Positions 9,466-19,906 of a DNA stretch of 64,000 nucleotides are shown in pieces. Position 1 is the first letter of the stretch; each line of letters starts with the position of its first letter. The DNA comes from a virus, in IMG/VR virus record IMGVR_UViG_3300042946_001661, positions 1 through 64,000 of that record. One strand, written 5' to 3'. The notes beneath the pieces were generated by a model. That model did not search any database and was not told the origin of the DNA. It worked only from the letters and a program-made list of their open reading frames with translations. A program made the position numbers and the translations under genes.

Positions 9466-10131
9466 ATTAAAAGTTCCTTTATTTTTAGCAGCAACTTTTA
9501 ATTTTCCTATTCCTCTTTCTGTCATGACGACAAACTTCCACCCTCTATCTTGGCAATAAAGCTCACAACTTGCCCATTTAGCATGATTTTTTGGTAAATC
9601 TGTTTGATTGCTCGGTTTTATTTCCCAAACTTCAGTATGGCCATCTATAAAATGAATTATTAAGTCTGGGTTGTAGTTATGAGCCTGTCCTTCGAATAAG
9701 TATGGAACTTTAAACGGCTCAACATCGTAAGATAAAACTTCATCTATAGATTCAAGAGACTCATATACTTCACATTCATAGCCACTTCTATAATGCATTT
9801 CTCTTCCATTTTTTAAACTAACCATATAGCCTTCTCTAAAATTGGGCTTTCTGGTCTTTTTTTCTCCTTTTCCATTAAAGTCTCTCCAAATAGTAGCTTT
9901 TGTTTGGGGAACTTTTGGCAAAACCTCGTTAGGATGATGAACTTTAAAATGAGTTTTTACACACCTTACGGGGAAATTACATCTTTGTAAAGGACAAATT
10001 ACGTAATCTCTTCCAAGCTCATGATTGTTAATTATGTGTTGTCTATATTCTTCTGGATTTAGAATTGATATTCCACAAACAAAACAAACATATTTTCTAA
10101 CATTTTGATTATTAAAAAAGTCTAAATTCAT
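9448..10131 (-). CDS. TnsA/T4 gp4-like PD-(D/E)xK endonuclease (head-completion-like) with N-terminal C2H2 zinc fingers
   Basis: YRSGYE, Y.PD, EIKP, KW..C..YC...GWKF...TE; CxxC..H..H twice. Confidence 0.8.
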   Translation of the reverse strand: MNLDFFNNQNVRKYVCFVCGISILNPEEYRQHIINNHELGRDYVICPLQRCNFPVRCVKTHFKVHHPNEVLPKVPQTKATIWRDFNGKGEKKTRKPNFREGYMVSLKNGREMHYRSGYECEVYESLESIDEVLSYDVEPFKVPYLFEGQAHNYNPDLIIHFIDGHTEVWEIKPSNQTDLPKNHAKWASCELYCQDRGWKFVVMTERGIGKLKVAAKNKGTFNSFFGD

Positions 10132-10136
10132 ATTAA

Positions 10137-10499
10137 TTATTTCTTAAGATAATCTGTGGTTTTTTCTATCTTTTTAACCACATCATCCTTATCTAAATTT
10201 TTAATTTTTTTTAATTCTTTAAAACCAAAGTATCTTGAAGTTTCTTCTCCGGATAAACTTGGAATTAATTTAACACCTAAAAACTTAAGATCTGTTTTCC
10301 AATCAGAAGGAAGATCGTCATCTCTACATTTAATTTTAGAAAAAACCAGTCTGCTGTCTTCATTTGCTGCATATATTTCATTTTCGTATTCAAAAAAAAA
10401 TGTATATTCTTTCTCATCTAAGTATGAGCTTATCTTTGAAAGTCTTTCTTGTTTTTCAACAAAAAAATAAAACGATATATTATTAAATTTATTTAGCAT
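10137..10499 (-). CDS. Hypothetical protein
   Basis: 120-aa ORF. Confidence 0.65.
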   Translation of the reverse strand: MLNKFNNISFYFFVEKQERLSKISSYLDEKEYTFFFEYENEIYAANEDSRLVFSKIKCRDDDLPSDWKTDLKFLGVKLIPSLSGEETSRYFGFKELKKIKNLDKDDVVKKIEKTTDYLKK

Positions 10500-10511
10500 A
10501 TATATATTTAA

Positions 10512-10871
10512 ATGTATTTATCAAATTTTAAAAAGTTTTTTGAAGATAATAATCCTGATTATTTTCAAACAGGATTGGGCAATGAACTCGGAATGAGTTG
10601 GGATGATATCGTAAAGGTTTTAGAAAAAGAGCCTTGGGTAACATCTAATTTATCTCTGGGCAGTAGCTCTTATAAGACTGGTCTTTGGGAGATAGTTCCT
10701 GGATCTTTAACACCGTATGGTGCTAATATACGCATGAAAAAAAATAACAAAGGTTATTTAAAAGATAAAGCTCTTGATAAGACTGATGGTGATGATTCAA
10801 TTTATCAATTAGACAGGGATCAGTTAATATCATTTCTTACACAGGGCTGGACTCCTACACAGCCTTCTTGA
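10512..10871 (+). CDS. Hypothetical protein with capsid-targeting-like N-terminus
   Basis: MYLSNFKKFFED; TATATA box upstream. Confidence 0.7.
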   Translation: MYLSNFKKFFEDNNPDYFQTGLGNELGMSWDDIVKVLEKEPWVTSNLSLGSSSYKTGLWEIVPGSLTPYGANIRMKKNNKGYLKDKALDKTDGDDSIYQLDRDQLISFLTQGWTPTQPS

Positions 10872-10898
10872 AGAAATGTCTTAATAGAAAGAAATAAA

Positions 10899-11459
10899 AT
10901 GGAAAACTTTTATGAAGATTCTGAGGAACAGTTTGTAGATGATATACTATCGAACAAACAAAGTAAAAAAATAAATTCAAAAAAAAAGGGAAATAGAAAC
11001 GAATTAGAGCTGGCAAAGATTTTAACTAAAAGATTCAATAAAGGATTTTCTAGAAGTGTAGGTAGCGGTAACAGATGGTCACAAACAGCCTTTTTACCTA
11101 AACATGCTCAGAAAGTTTTTTCTTCTGATCTTATTGTTCCGTTAAATTTTAAATTTTGCCTAGAGGTCAAGGGCGGCTATAACGGAATAGATTTAAATTC
11201 TATTTTTACAAGAGGAAATAGTGATTTAGATAAATTCTTAGTTCAAGTTTATAAAGACGCCAAAAGAGCTGAGAAAAAACCGCTTTTAGCCTGGAAAAAA
11301 GATAGAAAACCTTGGCTAGTTTTTGTTTTAAATAAAGAAGTTGAAAACTTAGATTTTAAATATAAATTACTCTACAACAAATGGGCAGCAATAGCATTAA
11401 GTGAATTTATAAAATTAAACGATAAATTTTTCTTTGAAGAAAATGAAGAGTCAGAGTAA
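10899..11459 (+). CDS. Holliday junction resolvase (Hjc-like PD-(D/E)xK)
   Basis: NSKKKGNRNE, SDL, EVK, PLL.WKKDRKPW motifs. Confidence 0.8.
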   Translation: MENFYEDSEEQFVDDILSNKQSKKINSKKKGNRNELELAKILTKRFNKGFSRSVGSGNRWSQTAFLPKHAQKVFSSDLIVPLNFKFCLEVKGGYNGIDLNSIFTRGNSDLDKFLVQVYKDAKRAEKKPLLAWKKDRKPWLVFVLNKEVENLDFKYKLLYNKWAAIALSEFIKLNDKFFFEENEESE

Positions 11460-11960
11460 AACTTCTGACGCTCTGTCTTTTTCAGAAATAATTAATTTAT
11501 CTTCATTTATACCCCAATTTATTGCTAATATTGGACTGTCGTATCTTATAGATTTTTCTTCTTTAGGAATATAAAAGCCATCTTGCATATAAATTACACT
11601 AGTATTTTCTTCAAGACTTAAAAAAGCGTGACCACAGTTTTCTGGTATTAGTATTTGTTGTTCTGAGTTGGATAATTCTATTTTAAAGTGCTTTAAATAA
11701 GTTGGAGAATTTTCTCTAAAATCGACGCACACATCTATTATTCTTCCGGCAATACAAGATACTACTTTTTTAAATGGAGCAATATGAATTCCCCTCAAAG
11801 AATACTTAAAATTAAAAGAATGATTAATTTGAATTGGATTAAAACTTATCGTTTTAAATAATCCAGAATGATAAAATTCTTGAAAAAAACCTCTGTTGTC
11901 TCTGTATTGATTATGATTTATAATCATACAGCCCTCTATTGGAGTTGGTATTGTTTTCAT
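11451..11960 (-). CDS. rmlC: dTDP-4-dehydrorhamnose 3,5-epimerase
   Basis: DNRGFF.E, LRGIH, DVCVD.R..SPT, GHAF, IISEKD. Confidence 0.93.
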   Translation of the reverse strand: MKTIPTPIEGCMIINHNQYRDNRGFFQEFYHSGLFKTISFNPIQINHSFNFKYSLRGIHIAPFKKVVSCIAGRIIDVCVDFRENSPTYLKHFKIELSNSEQQILIPENCGHAFLSLEENTSVIYMQDGFYIPKEEKSIRYDSPILAINWGINEDKLIISEKDRASEVLL

Positions 11961-12521
11961 ATGGAAAATTTTGTTGTATTAGTTTTAAATAAAAATTTCA
12001 TACCAGTAGATATCGCTCACTATAAGAGAGCAATATCTTTGATATTTTTAAATAAAGCAAAAATTGTTGAGTCAAAATCTTTTTCTATTCATACATGGGA
12101 TGAATGGATGAATCTAGATTTACCCGAATATAAAACAATAAAAGGAACATCAAAAGATTATAAAATACCAGAAATAATAATTTTATCTAAATATGATCGT
12201 CTTAAAAAAAGAAAATTTAATGCAAATAAAAAAAATATTTACAAAAGAGACAACGCAGAGTGTCAATATTGTTCTATTCCACTTACTTACGAACAATGCT
12301 CTATTGATCATATACATCCTAAAAGTAAAAATGGAATATTAAGTTGGGAAAATTGTGTTTTATCTTGTAAAAAATGTAATCACAAAAAAGCTGATAGAAG
12401 CTTAAAAGAGGCTGGGATGGTTTTAAAAAATCAACCAAAGCAACCCCACTCAGATATTTTTTATCTTTATTCAAAAGACATGCCAGAGTCTTGGAAACTA
12501 TTTGTAAAGGATAAAAAATGA
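11961..12521 (+). CDS. HNH endonuclease
   Basis: VLVLN, RD..CQYC, IDHIHPKS..G..SWEN...C..CN.KK; ATG 11961 is the probable start. Confidence 0.9.
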   Translation: MENFVVLVLNKNFIPVDIAHYKRAISLIFLNKAKIVESKSFSIHTWDEWMNLDLPEYKTIKGTSKDYKIPEIIILSKYDRLKKRKFNANKKNIYKRDNAECQYCSIPLTYEQCSIDHIHPKSKNGILSWENCVLSCKKCNHKKADRSLKEAGMVLKNQPKQPHSDIFYLYSKDMPESWKLFVKDKK

Positions 12522-13084
12522 AAATAGATCTATCTTCTTGCACCTTATTCTGTGCTGATAACAAAAATAATATTAACTATATATTAAATTCTATTTTAAC
12601 CAACATAGAATTTAATTCAATTATAATTGAAAGAAATATAAAATCAATAAAAGAATATAACTATTTTATAGTTAAAAAATTAAATAAATTAATAAAAACT
12701 GATCATTGTATGATAATACAGCATGATGGGTATCCTTTAAATTATTCTGCGTGGGATAGCAGATGGCTAAACTTAGATTATATAGGTGCTCCTTGGATAA
12801 ACTATCCTTGGGTTCGAGAACTGTCCGTTGGTAATGGGGGTTTTTCACTAAGAAGCAAAAAACTTTTAAATAGAATATCAGAATTTAATTATAATGGTGA
12901 AGAGCCTGAAGATGCTTTTATTTGTAGAACCAAAGGTCCTATTTTAAAGAAAGAGGGATATAAGTTTGCGACTATAGAAGATGCTTATAATTTTTCTATT
13001 GAGAACACATATTATAAAGGACAGTTTGGATTTCACGGAAAAGGAACAATTTTAATGAATATTAAAGCAGGAATATTTCGATAA
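12518..13084 (+). CDS. DUF5672-like glycosyltransferase-associated protein
   Basis: QHDG, DYIGAPW, VGNGGFSLRSKK, PED, FGFHG. Confidence 0.8.
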   Translation: MKIDLSSCTLFCADNKNNINYILNSILTNIEFNSIIIERNIKSIKEYNYFIVKKLNKLIKTDHCMIIQHDGYPLNYSAWDSRWLNLDYIGAPWINYPWVRELSVGNGGFSLRSKKLLNRISEFNYNGEEPEDAFICRTKGPILKKEGYKFATIEDAYNFSIENTYYKGQFGFHGKGTILMNIKAGIFR

Positions 13085-13103
13085 ATATAAGATATATATT
13101 TAT

Positions 13104-13241
13104 ATGAAAAACAAAAGAAGCTTTATAACAACATCTACATTTTTTGTTTCTGCTTTATGTGGGGTTATAACAGGAACATTTAGTTTTTTAACAAATTTTG
13201 TATTAGGCAAACTTTTAAATAAAAACAAAGGACGTAAATGA
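13104..13241 (+). CDS. 45-aa single-pass membrane peptide
   Basis: Manual translation; ATGA overlap with the next gene; ATATATA box upstream. Confidence 0.55.
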   Translation: MKNKRSFITTSTFFVSALCGVITGTFSFLTNFVLGKLLNKNKGRK

Positions 13242-13480
13242 AATCTTTTTATGAAATGTTAAAAATAATTGAAGTAGGAACAGCAACACCAGTATCACCA
13301 ACACCACTAACCTCAGCATCAAATCCAGCTCCAACTGCACAAGCAAACCCTACAGGAGCACAACAAACCGCTCAAAATAAAGTTAATATAGCACAAGCAG
13401 CACAAGATAAAAAAAATAAAGAAGCTTTTATAAAACAATTAAAAGATTTATTGAAAAAAAGCCTTGGAATAACAGCTTAA
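13238..13480 (+). CDS. Small Ala/Pro/Gln-rich protein with capsid-targeting-like N-terminus
   Basis: MKSFYEMLKIIE. Confidence 0.65.
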   Translation: MKSFYEMLKIIEVGTATPVSPTPLTSASNPAPTAQANPTGAQQTAQNKVNIAQAAQDKKNKEAFIKQLKDLLKKSLGITA

Positions 13481-14529
13481 ATTATCCACCAAGGATGATC
13501 TAGTGTCCATTTAACAATATTTTCTAGACCTTCAAAAAATTCAACAGGTTTTTTCCAACCCATAGAATCTAATTTTCCTGGTTTTAAAGCATACCTTTTA
13601 TCATATCCAGGTCTTGCAGACTCTGATGGAATAAAATTAGGAATAAGATTTTTTCCCATAATTTTAGCAACTGCTTCTGCCATCTCTAGGTTGTTGAGTT
13701 CTATTTCTCCTACAATATTATATCTATCCGGAAGATTATCTCCCTTAGAGTATTCTGATATTGGTTTATCAATCAAGAATTTAAACACATCGGCGTGATT
13801 TTCACAATGTAAATATCTACGACTACCTATGGTTCTTTTGCCATTTTCATCATAATCAACATAAATGTCCATAGGTTGATTTGTAGCTATTTTCCATATT
13901 ATCTTTGGCAAGAATTTTTCTTTATCCTGCATAGAGCCTATACAATTCATACAGTTGCTTAAAACAACAGGCACTCCGTAGCTTCTCCAATAAGAGATTG
14001 CTAAAGCCTCCTGAGCAGCTTTAGAAGCCGCATAAGGGTTAGATGGCGATATAACATCCCATTCATGGTGTCCCTCTGAGATTGAAGGGCAATCGCCATA
14101 AACCTCATCCGAACTAATCTGATAGAAAACTCTAGGCTTTAACCTTCTTGCTAATTCTAAAACATTAAGTATAAGTTCACAATTATTTCTCCAGCAATAT
14201 GCTGGGTCTATGACAGACCTTTCTACAGCAGAATCTGAAGCTAAATTTATAATAGCATCTAATTTTTCATCTACTATAGAGCCTTTTTCATCTATTTTTC
14301 TTGACATAATCAAATTCTCTAATTGAGTGTCAATAGGAACTGATAAGTCATGCTTAAGAAGAGTAAATCGTTTTTCATCAATCTCTATTTCATTGAGTCT
14401 GGAGTATGTTCCTTTGTGGCGAAAAGAATCTAATCCTATTATGTGCCAATCTGTATTTTTAAGGTAATATTTAAGAAAATGTACACCAATAAATCCGCCT
14501 ACACCCGTTAACAAAATTCTTTTGCTCAT
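13477..14529 (-). CDS. rmlB: dTDP-glucose 4,6-dehydratase-like NAD-dependent epimerase/dehydratase
   Basis: TGVGGFIG, SSDEVYG, PSNPYAASK, RPGYD.RY. Confidence 0.88.
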   Translation of the reverse strand: MSKRILLTGVGGFIGVHFLKYYLKNTDWHIIGLDSFRHKGTYSRLNEIEIDEKRFTLLKHDLSVPIDTQLENLIMSRKIDEKGSIVDEKLDAIINLASDSAVERSVIDPAYCWRNNCELILNVLELARRLKPRVFYQISSDEVYGDCPSISEGHHEWDVISPSNPYAASKAAQEALAISYWRSYGVPVVLSNCMNCIGSMQDKEKFLPKIIWKIATNQPMDIYVDYDENGKRTIGSRRYLHCENHADVFKFLIDKPISEYSKGDNLPDRYNIVGEIELNNLEMAEAVAKIMGKNLIPNFIPSESARPGYDKRYALKPGKLDSMGWKKPVEFFEGLENIVKWTLDHPWWII

Positions 14530-14724
14530 TTAAAATAACCTTTTAGAATTAACCCAACAATTTTTCTTTTCACTCCAAATAATCGGATATTTATTAGGAA
14601 AAGAGTGCAATATATCAAATAATTCTACATCTTTTTTAGAATGTTCAACTGATCTGTGGACGATCAGTGGGTGTAAATCTTTATATCTTTCTTTTAAACT
14701 ATCTACTATTTTTTTACTTAGCAT
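14530..14724 (-). CDS. Hypothetical protein
   Basis: 64-aa ORF tightly packed in an operon. Confidence 0.65.
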   Translation of the reverse strand: MLSKKIVDSLKERYKDLHPLIVHRSVEHSKKDVELFDILHSFPNKYPIIWSEKKNCWVNSKRLF

Positions 14725-14968
14725 TTAAATATTTTTGCCATAAAAACAAGAAAATAACTCCGCCTAATACAGATAGCAGAAATCCGCCCGGTCTAAAAAC
14801 ATCTAAATTTGAAGATAATAAATAATATATAAAGCCGCCCACATAAGAACCTGCTATGCCTATCAACATAGTTGAAATCCATCCAGTTGGTTCATCTCCT
14901 TTGTATATCAGTTTGGCTAAAAATCCGACTATTAACCCATAAATTAACCAAGTTAGTAAAAAAAACAT
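14714..14968 (-). CDS. GlsB/YeaQ/YmgE (transglycosylase-associated) membrane protein
   Basis: GLIVGFLAK..TMLIGIAGSYVGG..SVLGGVIFL. Confidence 0.88.
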   Translation of the reverse strand: MFFLLTWLIYGLIVGFLAKLIYKGDEPTGWISTMLIGIAGSYVGGFIYYLLSSNLDVFRPGGFLLSVLGGVIFLFLWQKYLNAK

Positions 14969-14979
14969 ATTAACTCCTT

Positions 14980-15858
14980 TTATTTCTTTTTAACATCAAT
15001 ATACCTGTCTGGAACCTTGTTTTCTTTTAGTTCCTTAAACAGGTCTCTACAATATCTATTGTATGTGTTATTAAAATCTTCAGGAGTAAACTTGTAAATA
15101 AATCCTAGTGAGTCCTCTTTTGTTTTGTTGCTATTCATGAAATTCAAAAATTTATTTTCTCCAAACTCTTTCTTTAACATTAAACATAAAATCAAAGACT
15201 TAATATCAAAATCTTTTTTTTCTTCAATTTTCATCTTTTTTAATTTTTCTTCATCAATAGAAAACAACTTTGTTACTTTAGACTCTAAGTTTACATCTTC
15301 TCTTTTTATATTTTTAATATTATTTATTGATTTATTTAATAAAGACATTCCATTCATCAAAACTAAATTATATTTAAGATTATTTTTATAATTAAGTTCT
15401 ATAAGCGAGCACATTGTAACAAAATAAGGAACTTCATCGACCAAATCTTCTTCCGAGTCTATTAAAAGCCAAACGACTAGAATCTCTAATTCATCTTTAT
15501 TTTTTCTAATTTCATATTTAGACTCTGTTAAGTTGAATAATTTTTTAAATAGCTCCTTGTTTGGAACAACCATTATTCTACACTCTTTTTCAAATTTAAA
15601 CTTATTTAAACCCCATCTTTTTAAACACCAAGATCTTATATTTTCTATATTTGAATATAACCATTTTCCTTGAGTGTTATCAATACTTAAAATTGTAAAA
15701 TTTTCAGTTGTGTATCTGTTCCAAGTTAAATCTTTAAAATCATCTTTAGCAACAGAGCTAATCTGATCCGATGGAGTAATTATTTCATCTTGACTAAATG
15801 CTGAAAAAGCAAAAAAAGATGCAAACAATATTATAAAAATTTTCATTTTAAACCTCAT
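14980..15858 (-). CDS. Exported hypothetical protein with signal peptide
   Basis: Hydrophobic N-terminus ending AFS-Q. Confidence 0.7.
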   Translation of the reverse strand: MRFKMKIFIILFASFFAFSAFSQDEIITPSDQISSVAKDDFKDLTWNRYTTENFTILSIDNTQGKWLYSNIENIRSWCLKRWGLNKFKFEKECRIMVVPNKELFKKLFNLTESKYEIRKNKDELEILVVWLLIDSEEDLVDEVPYFVTMCSLIELNYKNNLKYNLVLMNGMSLLNKSINNIKNIKREDVNLESKVTKLFSIDEEKLKKMKIEEKKDFDIKSLILCLMLKKEFGENKFLNFMNSNKTKEDSLGFIYKFTPEDFNNTYNRYCRDLFKELKENKVPDRYIDVKKK

Positions 15859-15892
15859 ATATTTAATAATAGAGAAAAAACAATTTATATTT

Positions 15893-17401
15893 TCAATAGT
15901 CTATTGTTTTTCTTGTTATTAAATTTGGATCATAATTTTCTGTTATTCTTATGTAAATTTCAGGATTTTTAAACCAATGATTATTTGCAAACAATCCAAT
16001 ATTATCATAAAAAACAAAATCATCTCTAAAATAATTTATATTTGTAAACAAAGTATTTTTGATAACATTAAAATTAAAATTAAAAATAAATTCTGAGTTG
16101 TAGCCGCAAACATATTCTCCAGGAACCGTTATACTAAGCTTAGAGTTTAATGCAACTCCACTTTCTATCTTTTTAAACAGCATTAAAAACTTCCAATAGT
16201 ACTGAAGCTCTGTTCCTTCTGTGTAACCTAAACTGAAAGAAACATTCCATATTGTATTATTATTGCTATAATAAAAGTTTTTAATCCAAGAATTAGTATT
16301 TTTTGAATAAATTAAACTAAAATTAGAATCAAACTCTTGACCATTATTTAAAATAAAATTAGAAAAAGATCCTAAATTAATAAGATTACCTGCACAATAT
16401 AACCTTGAAGACAGTGTGCTGAATTTAGAGCAATTGATATAAACTAGAGGTATTGGTATGTTGAGTTCGTCTAGATCTGCGGATATATCAAAGGATGGCG
16501 GGCGGGGAGTTGGAGTTGGTGTAGGAGGATAAGTAAATCCAGGTGTGGTGGGGGTTGGCGTAGGAGTTAAAGTTTGTGTAGGAGTTGGAGCTATGGACTC
16601 TCCAGGAATTATTGCAATATCAACATACATTTTTAATTTTATTTTCATATTTATTTCCTGAGAAACACCTAAAGCTAGGCATTCAGGAAGATCGATGAAT
16701 GGAACTTCTTGTAAAAAATTACACTCACTGTTCACCGAATCTACATATAAATTCTCTGCAGGTTTGGACCACCTCTTGACGCTACATAACTCCCAATTCC
16801 AATTATTATCTAGTAATTGTTGGCAAACATCTTCTGTGGAGGATGCTAAAATAGTTTGAACAAAAAAAGACTTTTTATAATTACAGGTATTGTCATCTGT
16901 TTTAAATGGACGACAATCACTTGGTGTTGATTCTGTTGGTATAGGATCTGGAGCTAGTGTTAGGTAAACATTTCCATCACTAAAAACTCCAGAATACCTT
17001 GATCCCTGATATATGAGGATGAAGCCCTTGCCTGAGTAGCTTGGTGCCGCATTAAAAATACCTATTTGTATTGAGTCTATGTAGATATACATTGTTAGCT
17101 CAACATTTAAATCATTGATATAATTAAATTTTAAAGTACAAGGAAAATTAAAGCTCGTTACGTTGAGTCCGTATGTTTCTACAAAATAAAATTCTAAGTC
17201 TGGGTCCAATATTGTTGTTAGGCTTGTGTCGTATTCACTTGTTTCATCTACTGGTGTTTGGGGCGAAGATCCGACATTTTTACAACAACCAACAACTTGA
17301 TACCAATATGATGATAAATTTCCTGTTTTCCATAAAAATTCTTTATAGAAACTAACATTGTATTTATATTTAAATTCTTTTTTAATAAGCAAATTGCTCA
17401 T
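15893..17401 (-). CDS. Large virion-like protein with Pro/Thr linker
   Basis: 502 aa; PTPTQTLTPTPTPT. Confidence 0.7.
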   Translation of the reverse strand: MSNLLIKKEFKYKYNVSFYKEFLWKTGNLSSYWYQVVGCCKNVGSSPQTPVDETSEYDTSLTTILDPDLEFYFVETYGLNVTSFNFPCTLKFNYINDLNVELTMYIYIDSIQIGIFNAAPSYSGKGFILIYQGSRYSGVFSDGNVYLTLAPDPIPTESTPSDCRPFKTDDNTCNYKKSFFVQTILASSTEDVCQQLLDNNWNWELCSVKRWSKPAENLYVDSVNSECNFLQEVPFIDLPECLALGVSQEINMKIKLKMYVDIAIIPGESIAPTPTQTLTPTPTPTTPGFTYPPTPTPTPRPPSFDISADLDELNIPIPLVYINCSKFSTLSSRLYCAGNLINLGSFSNFILNNGQEFDSNFSLIYSKNTNSWIKNFYYSNNNTIWNVSFSLGYTEGTELQYYWKFLMLFKKIESGVALNSKLSITVPGEYVCGYNSEFIFNFNFNVIKNTLFTNINYFRDDFVFYDNIGLFANNHWFKNPEIYIRITENYDPNLITRKTIDY

Positions 17402-17439
17402 ACTGATCTATCTATAGAACTTTAGTAAGAAAATAAAGT

Positions 17440-18177
17440 CTATTTTTTTGCTTGATTATATTCAAAAGAATCTAGTCTGCTTATTATTTTACAAATAATA
17501 GGATTTCTTATTATGTCTTCAGACGTTAGTTTTGATGAACCTATTCCTTCCACACCGTCTAGGGCTTCAATCATATTGTAAAATCCACCTTGATTATACC
17601 TTGGAAGATCAGATTGGTTTAAATCTCCAGTCAAAACCATTTTGCTGTTATTTCCAACCCTTGTAAGCAACATTTTTAATTGTTCGTATGTAGAATTTTG
17701 ACATTCATCGGCAACAATAAACGCATTATGAAAACTTCGACCTCTCATCAATCCAAGAGGACATATTTCTATCTTATTTTCTGCCTTTAACAGGCTATAT
17801 TGAGACATGGATATGAAATGAGCAACTTCATCTAGAATTGGCAAAAGATATGGATGTAGTTTTTCTTCTTTATCTCCAGGAAGAAATCCTATTTTTTCTC
17901 CTGCTTCAACAATAGGTCTAGTTATTACTATTTTCTTAACTTTTTCATCTAGTAGATATTGTATCGCCATACCAACCGCAATGTGAGTCTTTCCTGCCCC
18001 TGGATTTCCTTCACAAAAAGTTATAGTATTTTCTGCGATCGTTCTAATGTAATCTCTCTGATTTATAGTTTTAGGCTTAAGAGGATTTCTGTAATGTAGA
18101 GGTGTGTTTAAGGGTTTGGTTGCATCTAGCGTTTTATTTTTTCGACCGGCAATCTTGTTGTTATTTTTTTTTCTCAA
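17440..18177 (-). CDS. phoH: PhoH family ATPase
   Basis: GNPGAGKT, TRP.VEAGE.IGFLPG, MRGRS, DECQN, LTRVG, GD..QSD. Confidence 0.95.
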   Translation of the reverse strand: MRKKNNNKIAGRKNKTLDATKPLNTPLHYRNPLKPKTINQRDYIRTIAENTITFCEGNPGAGKTHIAVGMAIQYLLDEKVKKIVITRPIVEAGEKIGFLPGDKEEKLHPYLLPILDEVAHFISMSQYSLLKAENKIEICPLGLMRGRSFHNAFIVADECQNSTYEQLKMLLTRVGNNSKMVLTGDLNQSDLPRYNQGGFYNMIEALDGVEGIGSSKLTSEDIIRNPIICKIISRLDSFEYNQAKK

Positions 18178-18220
18178 ATAATTCCCTTATTTTAGTTATT
18201 GAATATAATATATATTCATT

Positions 18221-18676
18221 ATGGATATAAAATTTAATTTCAAAAACTTTTTTGAAAATGAAGAAAAAGATGGATTAATAAAAACTTTAGATAAAGTTCC
18301 AAAAAAACATAGAGAATTAATTCATAACTTTGAAATAAAATATAAAAATGGCACAACTTTAGACAAAGAAAATGTAGGGCTTAAGTGTGGAAAAAAAATT
18401 CAAATATCAAGTCCTTGGCACTACAGTAAAGAATTTGTTACATTACATGAGCTTGGGCATGTAGTCTATGAAAAGATGAGCTTAAAAAATAAAAATAAAT
18501 GGAAAAAATTATTAAAAAATACAATTAAAAATCAAAGAGAAAAAACAAACTCTAAAGATTCTCTAAAACAATCACAAGAAGAAATATTTTGTATGGCTTA
18601 TGCCTCAACTTATTGCAAGCACGCTCCAAACACATATGTTAATAAAGATTGGCAAAACTTTATTAAAACTATTTAA
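18221..18676 (+). CDS. Zn metallopeptidase-like protein (HExxH) with capsid-targeting-like N-terminus
   Basis: LHELGH plus downstream EEIFC. Confidence 0.7.
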   Translation: MDIKFNFKNFFENEEKDGLIKTLDKVPKKHRELIHNFEIKYKNGTTLDKENVGLKCGKKIQISSPWHYSKEFVTLHELGHVVYEKMSLKNKNKWKKLLKNTIKNQREKTNSKDSLKQSQEEIFCMAYASTYCKHAPNTYVNKDWQNFIKTI

Positions 18677-19403
18677 TAGGTCTAGCCTGTATCTCGGTTA
18701 GTAGTTTTGGAAGGACGGCAACAGCATCTTCTGTAAGTTTTTCATATTCATTTATATCTAAACTAAATATCTGATAATGGTGGCATATAGGATTTTTCAT
18801 AACTTGAGGGTTATATCCTTTGCTTTGAGTTTTAAGAGTCATATAAAAACTCATTCCTACTTGAGGCAAGGTTTCATTCCATGGACCACAATCATCCCAA
18901 CAATCTCTTGTAATTAAACAAAGATATTCTTGTAAAAACTCAACTTTCTGTCCGCCCATTTCATAGCTGGCGAAGTCAACTCCAACCATTCCCGATTTAT
19001 TGTTGTTTGCAACATTCACAAGTAAATCTAGCCATGCTGGATTAAGTATCGCCACATCACAATGCATAAAAATAAAATATTTTGAATTTTTGTCAGCAGC
19101 TTTTACACCTTTATTGGCTGCCGAAGACCAATATTCGTTTTTCTGAAGGCGAACCAATTTAACTTCATCTTTTATATCATCTAAAAAAGCTTGAGAGTCT
19201 TCTCCGCTACCGTTGTCTACAACTACTATTTCATAATTATTATTAAAACTAGTTACAGCTATACTCTGTAAGCATATATTTAAAAATTCTGGTTTGTCTT
19301 TGTGAACAACGATAATGCTTATCTGATCTTCTACTACATCATGTAGTGGTATTGAGAGTTCAGGTTTTTTCCCGCCCTCTAATGGGTTGTGTGTTTTATT
19401 CAT
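18669..19403 (-). CDS. Glycosyltransferase family 2
   Basis: SIIVV, CL.SI, VVVDNGS, A.NKG, HCD. Confidence 0.85.
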   Translation of the reverse strand: MNKTHNPLEGGKKPELSIPLHDVVEDQISIIVVHKDKPEFLNICLQSIAVTSFNNNYEIVVVDNGSGEDSQAFLDDIKDEVKLVRLQKNEYWSSAANKGVKAADKNSKYFIFMHCDVAILNPAWLDLLVNVANNNKSGMVGVDFASYEMGGQKVEFLQEYLCLITRDCWDDCGPWNETLPQVGMSFYMTLKTQSKGYNPQVMKNPICHHYQIFSLDINEYEKLTEDAVAVLPKLLTEIQARPIK

Positions 19404-19421
19404 AATATTTATTATAGCAAA

Positions 19422-19634
19422 TTATTCTTCAACTTCAACTTCAAAAAAACCTCTTGAACACATACACTCTACAGAAAATCCATTTGAATTTTGAACTAGG
19501 TCTTTGTAGTTGCTTTCAACAGAATTTAAATAATTTTTCGCAACAGTATCATCTTTAAAAGCTTTTTCCATTCTAACAAATATAAATTCTCCATTAATTT
19601 GTCTTGCAACATTAACAATAATATAAGCTTTCAT
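19422..19634 (-). CDS. Hypothetical protein
   Basis: ATGA-coupled ORF. Confidence 0.65.
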   Translation of the reverse strand: MKAYIIVNVARQINGEFIFVRMEKAFKDDTVAKNYLNSVESNYKDLVQNSNGFSVECMCSRGFFEVEVEE

Positions 19635-19906
19635 TCTGGGAACTCCAATTCGTCTTTTTTGTTTAGAGCAATATCTTTTTTATTCTCTTTGGTTATAGTT
19701 TTATCTAAGTTAATCAAAAACATATTTAAAGCTTGATGTGGATAGTTTTTAGCTTTTTCTTTAATTTTATTTTTTAAATCATCAGATATTGTTTTCTTGT
19801 CAATTGCTTCAAAAACATTTTTTAATGTTATTTTCCTAAAACTATTTCTTGATGCATTTTGTTGTCCATAAGATAAACTCATATTCAAATTTTGAGCTTC
19901 ATTCAT
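19631..19906 (-). CDS. Hypothetical protein
   Basis: Probable start ATG 19906, overlapping the upstream stop. Confidence 0.6.
   Translation of the reverse strand: MNEAQNLNMSLSYGQQNASRNSFRKITLKNVFEAIDKKTISDDLKNKIKEKAKNYPHQALNMFLINLDKTITKENKKDIALNKKDELEFPE

Noticed and set aside
9448-10131. Tn7-like transposon suggested by TnsA-like domains
   Set aside because: No TnsB, TnsC or transposon ends; better explained as gp4-like and homing nucleases.
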